A DNA stretch of 64,000 nucleotides from Negaprion brevirostris (lineage: Eukaryota), in the NCBI GenBank assembly GCA_030324005.1, contig JARDVH010000193.1, positions 85,121,384 to 85,185,383 of the forward strand, read 5' to 3'. The number at the start of each line of letters is the position of its first letter. Within the stretch, counting starts at the first letter, position 1. A model generated the notes under the pieces. That model worked only from the letters and a program-made list of their open reading frames with translations. It was not told the DNA's origin and ran no database searches. The position numbers and the translations under genes were made by a program. Shown here one piece after another: positions 13,123-25,909 of this stretch.

Positions 13123-14039
13123 CCATGGGCAGGTCATTACACATGGTTTCATACATCTGTTTTTTAATGTTACTTAAGTAAACTGCTTACTTTGCGATCA
13201 TGCTTTAACATTTAACACTGGATTAGCATTCTGGAATCTAACTATTCTGCCAAGTAGGCCTGCAAGCTAGTTGTTTGAAAGCCATTTGGCAAATTGTCAG
13301 AGGAGACCACTGAAGTAAGAACTTTTCTTGAAAAAATATATTAAAAATTAAACATATCTAAAGGAAATCAAAGGACACATTCAAATATGTTTCAAGGTGA
13401 ATACTTTTTTTAAGATAATAAATAATTGAAAACATTCTTTGTACATTAAGACAAATGCCTTCAGCTCATTCATAATTAATACAATGTACCTGAATTTTGT
13501 ACCACTTTACGTGACCAAACACTGATAGTTTACAAGGTAACCTTTTTCTACCGTGGCTCCATTGCTTAAGTGGAGGCTGTCAACAATTGGGACTAGAGTT
13601 AATTTAGAGCACTTGAGGGGCCATTTTAATATTGATCACAATGGTAAAATAATTTTGGCGGCTGAGATTTTGGAAAAGGTACTACAGACCCAGAATCACT
13701 TTTAGGCAAGTTCAGAGTAGTGGGAGGCTGCCAAAACAGATCCAGGCCCAATATATGGTGGGTTAGGATAGAAAGTTCTCCTTTTTTGACAACAGAAATT
13801 CCATCAACTGTTGCATATGCAGTCCCAGACCAATAATACATCTTGAATGTTATGTTATGGGATCTCTTGCTCATTTTTCCACAGAAGTGTTTTTGGAAGA
13901 AACACTACATTTAAATGTGTGTATTTAAAATACTGTATTCAGCCAAGTTTTTTTTTAAAAAGTCGAGTTGATCATGTCAAAATTGAGAAGGACAACAAAT
14001 TACTATTGCACCAAGGAATGAGTTCCAGAGGATGTAATA

Positions 14040-14950
14040 TCATAGAATCATTGAGTGCAGAAGAGGCCCTTCGGCCCCATACTCTACATAGGTAGANNNN
14101 NNNNNNNNNNNNNNNNNNNNNNNNNNNNNNNNNNNNNNNNNNNNNNNNNNNNNNNNNNNNNNNNNNNNNNNNNNNNNNNNNNNNNNNNNNNNNNNNCGAA
14201 CTCGCTGGGGTCTTTTAAAAGACTTCTGGATGAGTACATGGGATTTAATGGGATTGGGGGTTATAGATAGGTCAATGGATTGGTAGGTATTGATGTGATC
14301 GGCGCAACTTGTGGGCCGAAGGGCCTGTTTGTGCTGTAGTCTTCTATGTTCTAAGTCCATACTGACACATTAGAAACACCTGAACTCCCACCTATTCCCA
14401 TCTGCCAGCACTAGGCCCTTAACCTCGAATGTTATGATGTGTCAAACGCTCATCCAGATACCTTTTAAAGAATGTAAGGCAACCCACCTCAACCCCATCT
14501 CAGGCAACACGTTCCAGACTGTCACCATTCTCTGGGTAAAAAAGTTTCTCCTCACATTCCCCACTAAACTTCCAGCCCCTCACCTTGAACCTATATCCCT
14601 TCATGACTGACCCTTCAACTAAGGGGAACAGCTATTCCTTATCCACTCTGTCCATGTCTCTCATAATCTTGTGCATCTTGATCAGGTTGCCCCTCAGTCT
14701 TCTCTGCTCCAATGAAAACAACCCAAGCCGTCACAACTTCTCCTCATAACTTAAATGTTCCATCCCAGGCAGCATCCTGGTGAATCTTCTTTGCACCCCC
14801 TCCAGTGCAATCATATCTTTCTGATAATCAGGCAGCCAGAACTGCAAACAGTACTACAGCTTGACCTCACCAAAGTTCTACACAACTCCAACATGATTTC
14901 CCTGCTTCTGTAATCTATGCCTTGATTGATAAAAGGCAAGTGTCCCATAA
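14040..14950. mobile_element. CR1/HER1 LINE 3' fragments (plus-strand tail after the gap, minus-strand RT end at 14355-14950)
   Basis: Tail ctgtagtcttctatgttct; minus strand encodes LEYCLQFWLPDYQKDMIALEGVQRRFTRMLPG. Confidence 0.75.
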
Positions 14951-16815
14951 CCAAAAGAGAAAATGCTCGAAAATCTCAGCAGGTCTGGTAGTATCTGTAA
15001 GGAGAGAAAAGAACTGACGTTTCGAGTCCAGACAGCCTTTGTCAAAGATAAAGGTATAGAAGATGGGAGATAATTACACTGCTGGGTGAGGGAGTGAAAA
15101 ATGAGTTATAGTCACAGAAACAAGGGAAACCAGCTAATAGCTGTCCACTGAGAGAATAAAGGGTATGAATGGCCAAACTACAGAGAAGCATGGGGTGGGA
15201 GGAGGAGATCAGAACAAATGCAATGGAAATGAAGGAGCTGAGAGAAAGGAATGGAGTCCTCACAAGATGTAGGATATGAAGAGCTGTAGTCCAGATAGCT
15301 GAGGGAGTCAGTGGGCTTCTAGTGCATATTGATAGATAGTGTATTGCCGGAAATGGAGTCAGAAAGGTCATGGAAGGGAAGTGTCTGAAATGGACCAAGT
15401 GAAGACAACGNNNNNNNNNNNNNNNNNNNNNNNNNNNNNNNNNNNNNNNNNNNNNNNNNNNNNNNNNNNNNNNNNNNNNNNNNNNNNNNNNNNNNNNNNN
15501 NNNNNNNNNNGAAGAGGGGATAAAGTAGGGGGAAAGAGTGAGGGGGAAAAAAATGAAGAAAGACAATAAAGAAATAAAAAATAGAGAACAACAAAACATT
15601 AAACAAAATGAAATCAAAGGGGTTGAGGTGAGGTCGAGTAATCATCTGAAGTTGTTGAATTTGATGTTGAGACTGGAAGGCTGCAATGTGCTTAGCCAGA
15701 CAATGAAATGCTGTTGCTGCAGTTTGCCTCGGCTTCACTGGAACATTGCAACAGGCCAAGGACAGACATATGGGCATGGGAGAAGGATTGTATGTTAAAA
15801 TGGCGAGCAACGAGAAGGTCAGGGTCCTGATTGCGCATAGACCGAAGCTGCTCAGCAAATTGATCACCCAGTCTACCTGCGCTTGGTCTCTCTGATATAG
15901 AGACCACATTGGAAGCAGTGGACACAATAGACCAAATTGAAAGAGGTACAAGTAAAATGCTGCTTAACCTGGAACGAGTATTTTGAATCTTGGATGGTAA
16001 GCATGGAAGTGGTAAAGTGGCAGGTGTTCTGCAATTGCGTGGAAAGGTGCCAAGAATGATGGGAGAGATGTTGGGTATAGTGGAGGAATGGATTAGGTTA
16101 TCCTGGAATGAATGGTCTCTGTGGAATGCTGACAGAGGGAGTGAAGGGAAGATGTGTTTGGTGGTAACATCACCACCATTTTGGTGAAAATAGTATAGGA
16201 TTATGCTTTGAATGCAGAGGCTGATGGGATGAAATGTGAGGGAGGGAAGGTTGTGGCCCGGTAGATAGATCGCACGTTGACAACTATAGGTGGGAATCCA
16301 CGGTTGAGGGACAGAAGAGCACATATTAAAAACACAGTTTGGAAAGTGGCATCATCAGAACAAATGCAACAGAGGCAAAGGAGCTGAAAGAAAGGTATGG
16401 AGTCCTTACAGATAGCAATGGGATTCAGTAGGCTTGCAATGGATATTGGTAGATAGTCTATTGCCAGAAATGTAGACAGAAAGGGCAAGAAGGGAAGGGA
16501 AGTGTCTGAGATGGACCAGGTGAAGTTGAAAGAGGGGTGGAAACTGGAGGCAAAGTTGATGAATTTTTCGGAGTCTGGACGAAAGCATGAAGTGGCACCA
16601 AAATAGTCATCAATGTACTGGGAAAGCATTTGTGGGAGGGGACCTGGGTAGGCTTGGAACAAGTCAAGCGTAGCTAGGACCCATGCAGGTACCCACTGCT
16701 ACTCCTTTGACTTGGAGAAAGTGGGATGAGTTAAAGGAGAAGTTGTTGAGAGATAGAATGAGTTCAGCCAAGTGGAGGAGTGTGGTGGTGGGTGGGAATT
16801 GTCCAGGTCTCTCTT
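14951..16815 (-). mobile_element. Penelope-like retroelement remnants (RT plus GIY-YIG endonuclease), two segments separated by a gap
   Basis: YIDDYFGATSC..FINFASSFHPSFNFTWSISDTSLPFL (RT) and RLGDQFAEQLRSMRNQDPDLLVARHFN (GIY-YIG) in ORFs 16201..16662 and 15692..16324. Confidence 0.85.
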
Positions 16816-17660
16816 CAAGAAAGAAGTAAAGAGTTCTCAGGTCATCCCATTTGTCTTTCTCACCATCCTACTAATATGTCCTTCCACTTTCAGAGATCTG
16901 TGGACAAACATAGCAAGGTCCCTTTGTTTCAAAGAACTTCTTAGTGTCCTACCGTTCATTGAGTACTTTCTTGTCAAATTACTCCTTACAAAGTATATCA
17001 CCTCACACTTTTCAGGGTTAATTCCATTTGCCACTTATCTGCCCATTTGACCATTCCGTCTATATCTTCTTGTAGGAAATCACCCTTCCAATCTTTGTGT
17101 CATCCACAAACTCAAGATAAAGTAATTCTACTTTTGAGTCCTTGTGAACATGTTAATCCTCTCCATTGGATTTTCCCGGCTAGGCTGGCACCGAGAGTCA
17201 TAGAGTTATAGAGGTTTACAGTATGGAAATAGGCCCTTCGGCCCAACTTGTCCATGCTGCTTTTTAACCTCTAAGCTAATCACAATTGCCCACATTTGGC
17301 AGGCAAAGCCATCTTACCCATGTAACTGTCTAAATGCTTTTTAAAAGACAAAATTATACCCGCCTCTACTACTACCTTTGGCAGCTTGTTCCAGACACTC
17401 ACCGCCCTCTGTCAGAAAAAATTGCCCCTTTGGACATTTTTGTATCTTTCCCCTCTCACCTTAAACCTATGCCCTCTAGTTTTAGATTCCCCTACCTTTG
17501 GGAAACAATATTGATTATCTGACTGAGCTGTGCCCCTCATTATTTTATAGACCTCGATAAGATCACCCGTCAGTTTCCTACACTCCAGAGAAAAAAGTCC
17601 CAATCTATCCAGCCTCTTCTTATAATTCAAACCATCAAGTCCTGGTAGCATCCTCGTCAA
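16816..17660 (-). mobile_element. CR1/HER1 LINE fragments
   Basis: NPEKCEVIYFVRSN...RDLAMFVHRSLKV; TRMLPGLDGLNYKKRLDRLGLFSLE..KLTGDLIEVYKIMRG...TRGHRFKVRG. Confidence 0.85.
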
Positions 17661-18104
17661 AATCACTATTGCCAGTTAAAATTTAATTATGGCCTGCATT
17701 ATGCCAATGGCCCCAAATTTGAATATGCGTGAAATTTCTTGCCTGCTTGATTAAGAGGCCTATACACTGTCTGGAACATGTCTGTGGAGAGCAAACACAG
17801 GAAATGGTGAATTTGGCCATCTGTTGTGTATACATCCAGTCTGGTTTTTCTTTTTGTTGATCAGCAGAAATTGAATTTCACCTCCTTTCTTGTTTAATAC
17901 ATCTAGCACAATAAATAAGCACTTGTACTACATACATGATGGAAAATGAATGATCAAAACTACAAAGAATGCAAATATTTAATTGCTCAAATAGCAACCA
18001 GTGAAAAAGTTCTAAAATTTTTCAGGTCTTATAAATAATAATGTTTGCCTAGTATTTGAAGGTACAAGTTTATCATTTAGTATTCAATAATAATGTTCTT
18101 TTAC

Positions 18105-18191
18105 CTATTTTTCGAAACCAATTTGCTTCATTACTTTTCAGTTCAATGCTCATCTTTCCTTCAGCCAGCTGAACTATTAGTTTCTTATGAG
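18105..18191 (-). CDS. TEX11: TEX11 coding exon 12 in window: (A)HKKLIVQLAEGKMSIELKSNEANWFRKI
   Basis: 87 nt, CAG/GTAAA, phase 1->1; NEANWFRK matches human NEAQWFRK. Confidence 0.92.
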
Positions 18192-18639
18192 CTGGAAGAA
18201 AAAGCACAAGTATTTTAATCCAGCAAAGTCACTGTTAACAACCGTGGATTGGAAAAAGAGTATGATATTCTGATGNNNNNNNNNNNNNNNNNNNNNNNNN
18301 NNNNNNNNNNNNNNNNNNNNNNNNNNNNNNNNNNNNNNNNNNNNNNNNNNNNNNNNNNNNNNNNNNNNNNNNNNNATAGCACATAAGCTTTTTACATCAG
18401 CATGAAATTTGTTTGCAACTATTTTTGATCGCACAAGTGAATTGTGTGATAATTCCATAATTTATCACAAATATGCTTTATTCATAAAATTGTAAAAGTA
18501 TATTCCAAAACTTTTCAAACTAAATATTATAGAAATTGCAAAACAAAAATCAACTTTTCCCCACACACCAAACTGCACTCAGAATGCCTCTGTACAATTG
18601 TGATATATGCAATATTTATAATACACATTCCAGGCCAAG

Positions 18640-19230
18640 CATCCAGCTCAATGGCAATAGTCTGCACATAATATCCTATCACCTTGCAAGAAAAGAAAAT
18701 GGTGGGTCCTGTTGGATGGTTCTCTGAGGAGACAGTTAAGGTCATGTGGCAGAAGATTTCATTGCTAGACCTTTTAAATAAGCACCAAGACATAGCATTG
18801 CTGGTGGTAAGAAGGGTGTTCCCTGTCAAATTCTTCACTCTCACTCTTATCACTGTATTACTGCCACTGGCCTTGAAGTGAGTGTGGTGGGGAAGAAACT
18901 GTCCTCCACCTCCCTCAGGAAAAGATCCAATGCTCTTCGTTGAGGTTCATCCCGAGCAGATCCATGACTCAGGACTCTAGGATCTATGGGCTGTTCCCAG
19001 GGATATAAATCGAGACAATCTTCAACTACCGCTGAAGAACTATCAACCAGTAAAAGCTGCTTCTCAATTTAACCGAAACCTGCTGGTCTGCCTGCACAGA
19101 CAGTTTTTTCCAGGTGTTGTAGACTAGCACATTCCAAGGTCCAGAATTACTTGCTGAGGGATGTCCAATGGGCAGCTGCTACAAAGGTGCGATGGGGAAA
19201 GGCTTTTCAGCCATAGTACACCTCTGGGCA
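18640..19230 (+). mobile_element. Tx1/L1-like LINE 3' fragment
   Basis: Decayed C-terminal motifs (IYGLFPG, RNLLV) of the kind seen at Tx1-clade ORF2 ends. Confidence 0.5.
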
Positions 19231-20617
19231 AGAAACAGTGACTGTCACATAAAATACCTTAGAAATATTAAAAACTGCAAATTTTGAATTATCTACATCC
19301 AAAATCCCAACTGCAAATACACCAATAATTCATTACAGCAATAAGATCACATTAACTGTAAGCTAGAAATAAAGGCTTACAAATTTAGCAATGGTCATCT
19401 ATTTAATAAATAAGTTTTAAAAGATTGCTCAATTTCAATGTAATCCCACAAAGTGACCAGATTCTCAGTCTCACCAAGATCTAATATGACATGACATTGC
19501 AACTTGCACAATTATCTGCTTTAAGAATATGCCAGATTACACTGTGGATGGAAAGAAAAGGCTTGCTTGGTTTTTATGACTTGTAATATAAGACACCCTG
19601 AGCTGTATGTGCTTGCACAAAAACAGATCAAGCAACAGGAGATATTGTCACAAACAGATCAAGGAGTAAAAGAAATACAGCAAACATTTAAATTTTAGCT
19701 GACCAGAGGTGTAGGACAGAAACAAAATATCTGCCTATTGTGAAGCAACCTAAAAAAATGTGAAGATTATTTATTTAGCTCTTTCCTATGGAACCCTAGA
19801 TGGCTAGCTAAAAGGTTCAAATGGCAAAGACTCAAATCAGATCATCTGTTCATCCTCAGCAAGCTGTGCAAAAGAAACAAAGGAAAAATAAAAATCCAAA
19901 AAACATGAAGTACTTAGCTATGTAATAATATTACAAAGGTCCAGGTGTCTGTCATACAGAGAAACTCATTGATGTGCTAAACAGTTTCTGAACTCAACTA
20001 CTGCAAAATTACAAATGTGGAATATTTAGCTTGCCTGATATGGAATGCACACTTTGCTTGAGGTGCATACCTCATTTGCCTACGTTGGGTTAGTGTCTAC
20101 ACTTCAAAGTACTGAAATTCTCAGGGACCAAGTGAGCACAAAACCAATCAGTGTGCACCAGCCAAACAAAGGTATCTTTTATTGCTGATACTGTCATAAG
20201 GCAGCTGAACGAGAATCATTAGCAAGCAACTGGCAAACATTTTGACCTATTTTATACCACCCTGAATCTATAGAGGAAGTCTGGGCAACATACGAGCTGC
20301 ACCATCATTAATGGTGAGGTAGGACTGCAGTTGCAACACAGTGACTGATGCGAGTACACACAGGGCAATGAACCTTAGCTGAGCTCAAATTGCCTTCCAA
20401 GGTACATGCTGCACCTGCATGGAACCTTTTGTATTTCATATATCTTTAAACAAAATAAAGGCCTTTAAATAAAAATAAAGACATTTTGAATAAAATGAGG
20501 TTTAAGAAATTAGTTAAATGGGGATGAGTACAGCTGTATGGTTTTTGATTTGTTAATTAGCTGAGCAGCAAGGAAACAAAGATTTACTTAAACAAAGTGA
20601 AAAGAAATATAGAATTG

Positions 20618-20862
20618 TGGTGGCACAGTCGCCAGCACTGCTGCCTCACAGCGTCAGGAACCTGGGTTTAATTCCCAGCTTGTGTTATTGTCTATGCGGA
20701 GTCTATATGTTCTCCCCGTGACTGTGGGTTTTCTCCCAGTGCCCTGGCTTCCTCCCACAGTCCGAAGATATGCTGCTTAAGTACACTGGCCATGCTAAAT
20801 TCTGCCTCAGTGTACCAGTCCAGGAGTATGGCGACTATGGAACTTTCACAGTATCTTCATCG
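20618..20862 (+). mobile_element. tRNA-derived V-SINE variant
   Basis: ggtggcacag...cactgctgcctcacagc head, ttctccccgtg core; tail like that at 40621-40750. Confidence 0.8.
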
Positions 20863-21828
20863 CAGGGCATTGAGCCGGGCTTCCTGCTGGGTGCCATGGC
20901 CTCCATGAGTCTCCAGGCACTGAATTTCCAGCGTGGAGCTGTATAATTTTTGGTAATTCTAATTTTATTGTTATTTACATATGATTAGCAGGCCTAGGAC
21001 TGAAATCTCCAGCCCAGCTAGCCCCCCCACCCACTCCAGCGGGGTTTACTTTAGCTCCCCACTTGCTGAGAGCTGGCGGTCCAACCCCACTGCAGTGGAG
21101 GAGGGCAATCAAGGTCCCTCAGGCAGTCAGGGGTCAGCCCACTGGGCATTGCCAGCCTGGCCCTTTGGCACTGCCCACCAGGAAGGGTGGGAGGTTGGAA
21201 CTGCCAGAGGGTGGGGGAATTGGGAAGTGCAGGTGGGCGCGATCTCAATGTGGACAGAACAGCACATTTGCAGAGGCTCGCTCAGCACTAAGCTGCTGGC
21301 CTCTCCAGTGGTAACAGGCCCCGACCACAGATTTTTTGCAAGAATCACACTAGTGCATTCTGCTTTGCAGAGTGTGGAAGATTCATTTTGAAAATCCCTC
21401 TGAAAAAATCAGTGGGATTTATTCCATTTTTACGCGAATCTGGCACATCAAATTATTTTTTAAGAATGAAGACCCCCACCCGTATAACAAATAGATTCTT
21501 TCAAAAATAAATATTCCTCAATTTCAAAATTTTACAACTCTCTAAAACAAATGAGCTAAAAGTTGTAGCTGAGGAATCTGCAAATTAAACACTGAAAAAC
21601 CAAAGCAAAAATGCACAACTGTTAGCAAGGAAATATAGTTGCCGATTTTAACCACTAAGTGGTTCACTTTGCCTGTGAAATAGTAATGGAACTCAGCATA
21701 TTGTGTTGTCTTCACCTGATAATTCTGCATTAATAATTTAAATACTTTAGTAAGGTATCTAAAATAGATGAGAAGCGGCAACACAGTTGCAATATCTACT
21801 GAATAATGAATCCACTTATTGCACCTAC

Positions 21829-21869
21829 CAGTCTTTAAATATGATAAAAGAGAGTCCAGTCGCTCATGT
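21829..21869 (-). CDS. TEX11: TEX11 coding exon 11 in window: HERLDSLLSYLKT
   Basis: 41 nt, CAG/GTAGG, phase 2->1; resembles human KEMDRLLTCLNR; restores frame between neighbours. Confidence 0.82.
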
Positions 21870-22819
21870 CTGTCAAAAGTAAGACATTTATATTTAGGTA
21901 TTGACACTACATAATTTTTAGAAAGTATGGTTTATGCCTCAAGTATAAGCAACACTTTACGTAATTTTAGTTACACTGTCCGAATCAGGAATGTTCAATA
22001 TTGTCCAGTAACAAGGCCACAACTATATACAACTCATATGTGACTTTCATACGATTAAACTGCATTTAAGTCAGGCAATATTATGATGTGCACATTATTA
22101 AAATAATTACTTATTTAAAAATGTACTTCACATCCCTCTCCAGATTTGTTTTCAGCTTCCAGATTCTGGGAACCCATCTGAGAACTTACAAATGCTAGAC
22201 TTTACTTCCAGTGTTTCCTAATTCTAAACGGCCATAATTTTTTCAGATTCTGAGATCTTTCTTGCCCAACCAATGGATCTCTCTCTTCCAAAGATCCCAG
22301 GTGCCTAAACTTGTCACTATATTCTATATTGTTCTTGGAACCCTGGGACCCTCCTCCTCGAAGCTGCCATATCTGGGACCCACCCTCAAAGTACAGCTAT
22401 CCCCAAAGCAAACATCACATTCCCACAACCAATATTCTCTTTCACCGTCTTTCTTTGTTGGCATCATTATCCTTGATAATACAGCACAATAGTCCAGTTC
22501 TTATAACACCTGTCTTATCATGAATGATACTATGGGAGATCTGCCAATAAGTTTAAGAGCTTTCTATTTACAATGAAATATATCCAAGTGTAAGGGTATG
22601 AATACATATGTTTAAATTACAACAGTTTATGACATATTGTGGTAGCTATACAGGTCAAATAAAAATTAATTTCACATTGCAAATGGTTTGTTTTAGTACA
22701 TAGAACTAATATGCTATTTTTAAAACTGATAACAGAAGCAGCTTATATTAAGAAAAGGTGGCCGATATTGTTTGAAAAAGGAAACACAACTCAAGCTATG
22801 ACAAGAGTGGACCAGTACA

Positions 22820-22824
<5 letters not shown>

Positions 22825-22862
<38 letters not shown>

Positions 22863-22875
22863 TATATGTGTGTGT
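22825..22875. repeat. (TG)n microsatellite
   Basis: Direct observation, imperfect at the 3' end. Confidence 0.95.
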
Positions 22876-23689
22876 ATGGTGGGGGAGGGGAAGCAGAAGA
22901 TACATACCCTGTACCTAAAAAATGTTAATAAGTTGTATTACTTCCTACAATTGTTGAACTCCTACAGAAANNNNGGCCCCAGCACCGACCCCTGGGGCAC
23001 TCCACTAGTCACCAACCGCCAATCCGAATAGCACCCATTAACCCCCACTCATGCAAGCTAAAGAAGAGTTGCCCAAATCTGAAGTTCTTACGTATTTTAA
23101 TCCTACCCTATCCCTACACCCTTAAGGAGTTCGAGCTGTGATATCCCACTTCATATTGTTGTGTGAAGGAAGATCCATTTATTTTGCATCTCAAGCACTG
23201 AGTTGAACGTAACTTGAGGGATTATGCTTGGAGTTTGGAGATTAACATTAGCGATTATGTTTGGAGTAAAAAAAATCCATAATCCTGTACAAATTTACAC
23301 TTGATGTATCATCATCCTTTAAATGCCATTTTTGGATCACATATGTAAATTCTGCTGTGTCAGCATATAGAATTCAGAGATAGGCACTGCTATTGTCTGC
23401 ACATTCTATACCATCAAGAATCAACAATTAAGTCTACCTTGTAATGTTGAAGGCCTACCAAGACTACCACTACCAAGTAGTTTTGTCAAATACTCGAGCA
23501 AACTATTTTCTACTTTGAACAGAAAGACAGTACATCTGTCACTTTTGGGCAAGTGAGGAAGTGCACTCAACGATCCAATAATCTAAGAAGTGATAGAAAT
23601 GTACCAAGGAAATACCTCAGAATTAACATTTTTGAAACATTTTTGAGAACACTGGAGCCGTCAGTGCAGTCAAAATGTGTTCTTTGAGG

Positions 23690-24761
23690 GCTCAGAGTGT
23701 CTTGAAAGGCCTACTGAGAACCTAGGAGAAGTTTTTAATAGATTTGGAGTCCCTGAAAAATTAGTAAGCAGAAACAGACCTTAATTTGTCACCCAAGAAT
23801 TCAGAGTTTCTTGAAAGAGAAGGGTATTCTATATATATTAGATCTGCATCATATCATCTTGCTATGAACGGATTAGCAGAATATTTTGTCCAAACCATAA
23901 AACATACATTGACAACAACCAGGAACAAGGTTCACTGGTCAAATATCTTAACCAGATTCTACTAATGTATAGGGACACCACTCACTCTGTAACCAGAAGC
24001 TTTCCTGCATTATTAATGATGAAGAGACAACTATGGTTAGCATTCGACTTATTGAAACCTCCAAAAACAAAATAAACCATACAAGAACAGATAGAATGAC
24101 AAGGAATTACTCTGCAGGAGATAAATAGATTCCTGGCATGGTCCTTGTACAGATTGGGCCTATAATCAGACACTATATTATCTGCAGGAGGCATGAGGGG
24201 CAGCTGTTGGCAGGGAGAACAGGTTTGCTGGAAATGAACCCTGCTGAAAATCCAGGTTCAATCATACGTCCTGACCTTAAACTTCCTGCAAACCTGACAC
24301 TAACAGACAATGTTGAGGAAAGCAATACCTCACCTGTAGACAAAATAGAAGCTATTGCTATAGTTACAACAGCAAAGCTGGGCTAACCTACCATTGTTTA
24401 TATTCATGCAAAGATGAGTTACAACCAAAGCAAAGAAGATCCACCATTTCAAGAGCAGCGATGCCCAGGCCTTCTGACTTAATGAATATTGTTTATTGAT
24501 TATTGTTGATATTACACTTGTTTGAATTTGTTGTTTTCAATTTAAAAGGGGAGGAAATGCTATGTTTTAATTTTGATTTTTGGTAGCTACACTAAGCATT
24601 GTGTATTAATATATCCATGTATTCACCATATGACATCACAGGTCACTAATGTGGAAATACAGCAGAGTGCAGAAGCAGCCATTTGGTGAGTGCCTTGTAA
24701 ATAAAAATCCACCATTTTTAACCTTCCATGCTTCCTCATGTCAATTTTCCAATATACAACA
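23690..24761 (+). mobile_element. Gypsy retrotransposon 3' remnant: integrase, PPT and short 3' LTR
   Basis: RFGVPEKLVS..P*FV.QEF, IRSASYHLAMNGLAEYFVQTIK; PPT aaaaggggaggaaa (24544-24557) directly before a TG...CA segment 24558-24761 containing aataaa. Confidence 0.75.
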
Positions 24762-24889
24762 TTTCCCACCTCCTTACACAAATGGCTTTGTAAATGATGG
24801 GCAAGGGTTTCTACAATAGCTCGGGGGTGTGTGTGTGTGGTGGTGGAGGAAGGAGTACATCCTGGCCTAAGACTTTTGCACAAAAAGCC

Positions 24890-25230
24890 AAGGTTGATGC
24901 TCCACAGAGTGCTGAGGGAGTGCTGCACTGTAAAAGTGACATCTTTTGAATGAGACATTACATTGGCAGCTCACGTTGGGAAACATATTATTTTGAAGGA
25001 GAGCAAGGGAGTTATCCCAGGTATTCTGACAAACGTTTCTCCTCAATCAACATCCCAAAAAATGTATCATCTGGTCATTATTGCACTGAGGCTGTGCGAG
25101 TTTGCTGTGCATATGTGCTGCTTCATTTTTACACTCCAGCAGTGACTATATTTCAGACAGTATTTAACTGGCTGTAAGCACTTTGAGACCAACGGACATG
25201 AAAAATGTATGTAAATGCATGTTCTTTTTC
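24890..25230 (+). mobile_element. DeuSINE (SacSINE1/AmnSINE1-like)
   Basis: gtgctgagggagtgctgcactgt...tctttt.gaatgagac, tctggtcattatt, ctggctgtaagcactttgaga match the recalled Deu-domain SINE body. Confidence 0.7.
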
Positions 25231-25524
25231 AAGGCTTCAGGTGGAAATACCGCTACAGCAAAGCTTGCAACGGAGCTGGGCAAATTGGACAGCTGGTTCC
25301 AGATCCCTGTGTTTCACTGTGCATGTGTGGATGGTGGAAGTTTCTATCTCGTTTACTCCACTTCAATGGTGAGTTAATAGTTCCATCATTATTGCTACTG
25401 CAAATCAAATCCTGGAAGTAGCATTCCCACCTATCACAGTAATACTACAACTGCCTTTAACATAATAGCAAAAGAAGGTGCAACTGCAACAGATATAACC
25501 AGAATATATGTGTAGTGTAGTTAC

Positions 25525-25578
25525 CTTGTTTCTTTGTTATCTGTGTCTGTAACAGATGGTACAAGGCGAATTAAACAT
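25525..25578 (-). CDS. TEX11: TEX11 coding exon 10 in window: CLIRLVPSVTDTDNKET(R)
   Basis: 54 nt, TAG/GTAAC, phase 2->2; begins like human CLLRFLLPKI. Confidence 0.8.
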
Positions 25579-25909
25579 CTATTTAAGATAAAAGATCAAA
25601 TATAATACCCGGAATTACTTCAGAATTTCTGCAGATAAGGACTTGTTAAATAATTTAAATTCAAGTATGTAATGCATACAATTCTTAACATTTTCAAAAG
25701 CCTTCAAGTCCTTTCAGTGTCAAATATCCAAATTTTAAAGTCAGAACCACTTAAGAATTAAAGGTTAAAGTGGATTTCCTAATAATTTTTGGTCCAAATA
25801 AGAACAAAAATGCCTAGATATTATTAAAATCAAAACAACTTTTTTAAGCCCAAGATAAAAAAAAAAATTAAACTATAGTAATTCAATAACAAGTGTAATT
25901 AAAGTAAAA

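Noticed and set aside
18620-18660. Minus-strand GCCTGGAAT (AWN) resembling a TEX11 exon start
   Set aside because: Wrong order relative to other exons and lies at the edge of a Tx1-like remnant; the true AWN exon is at 12190-12260.
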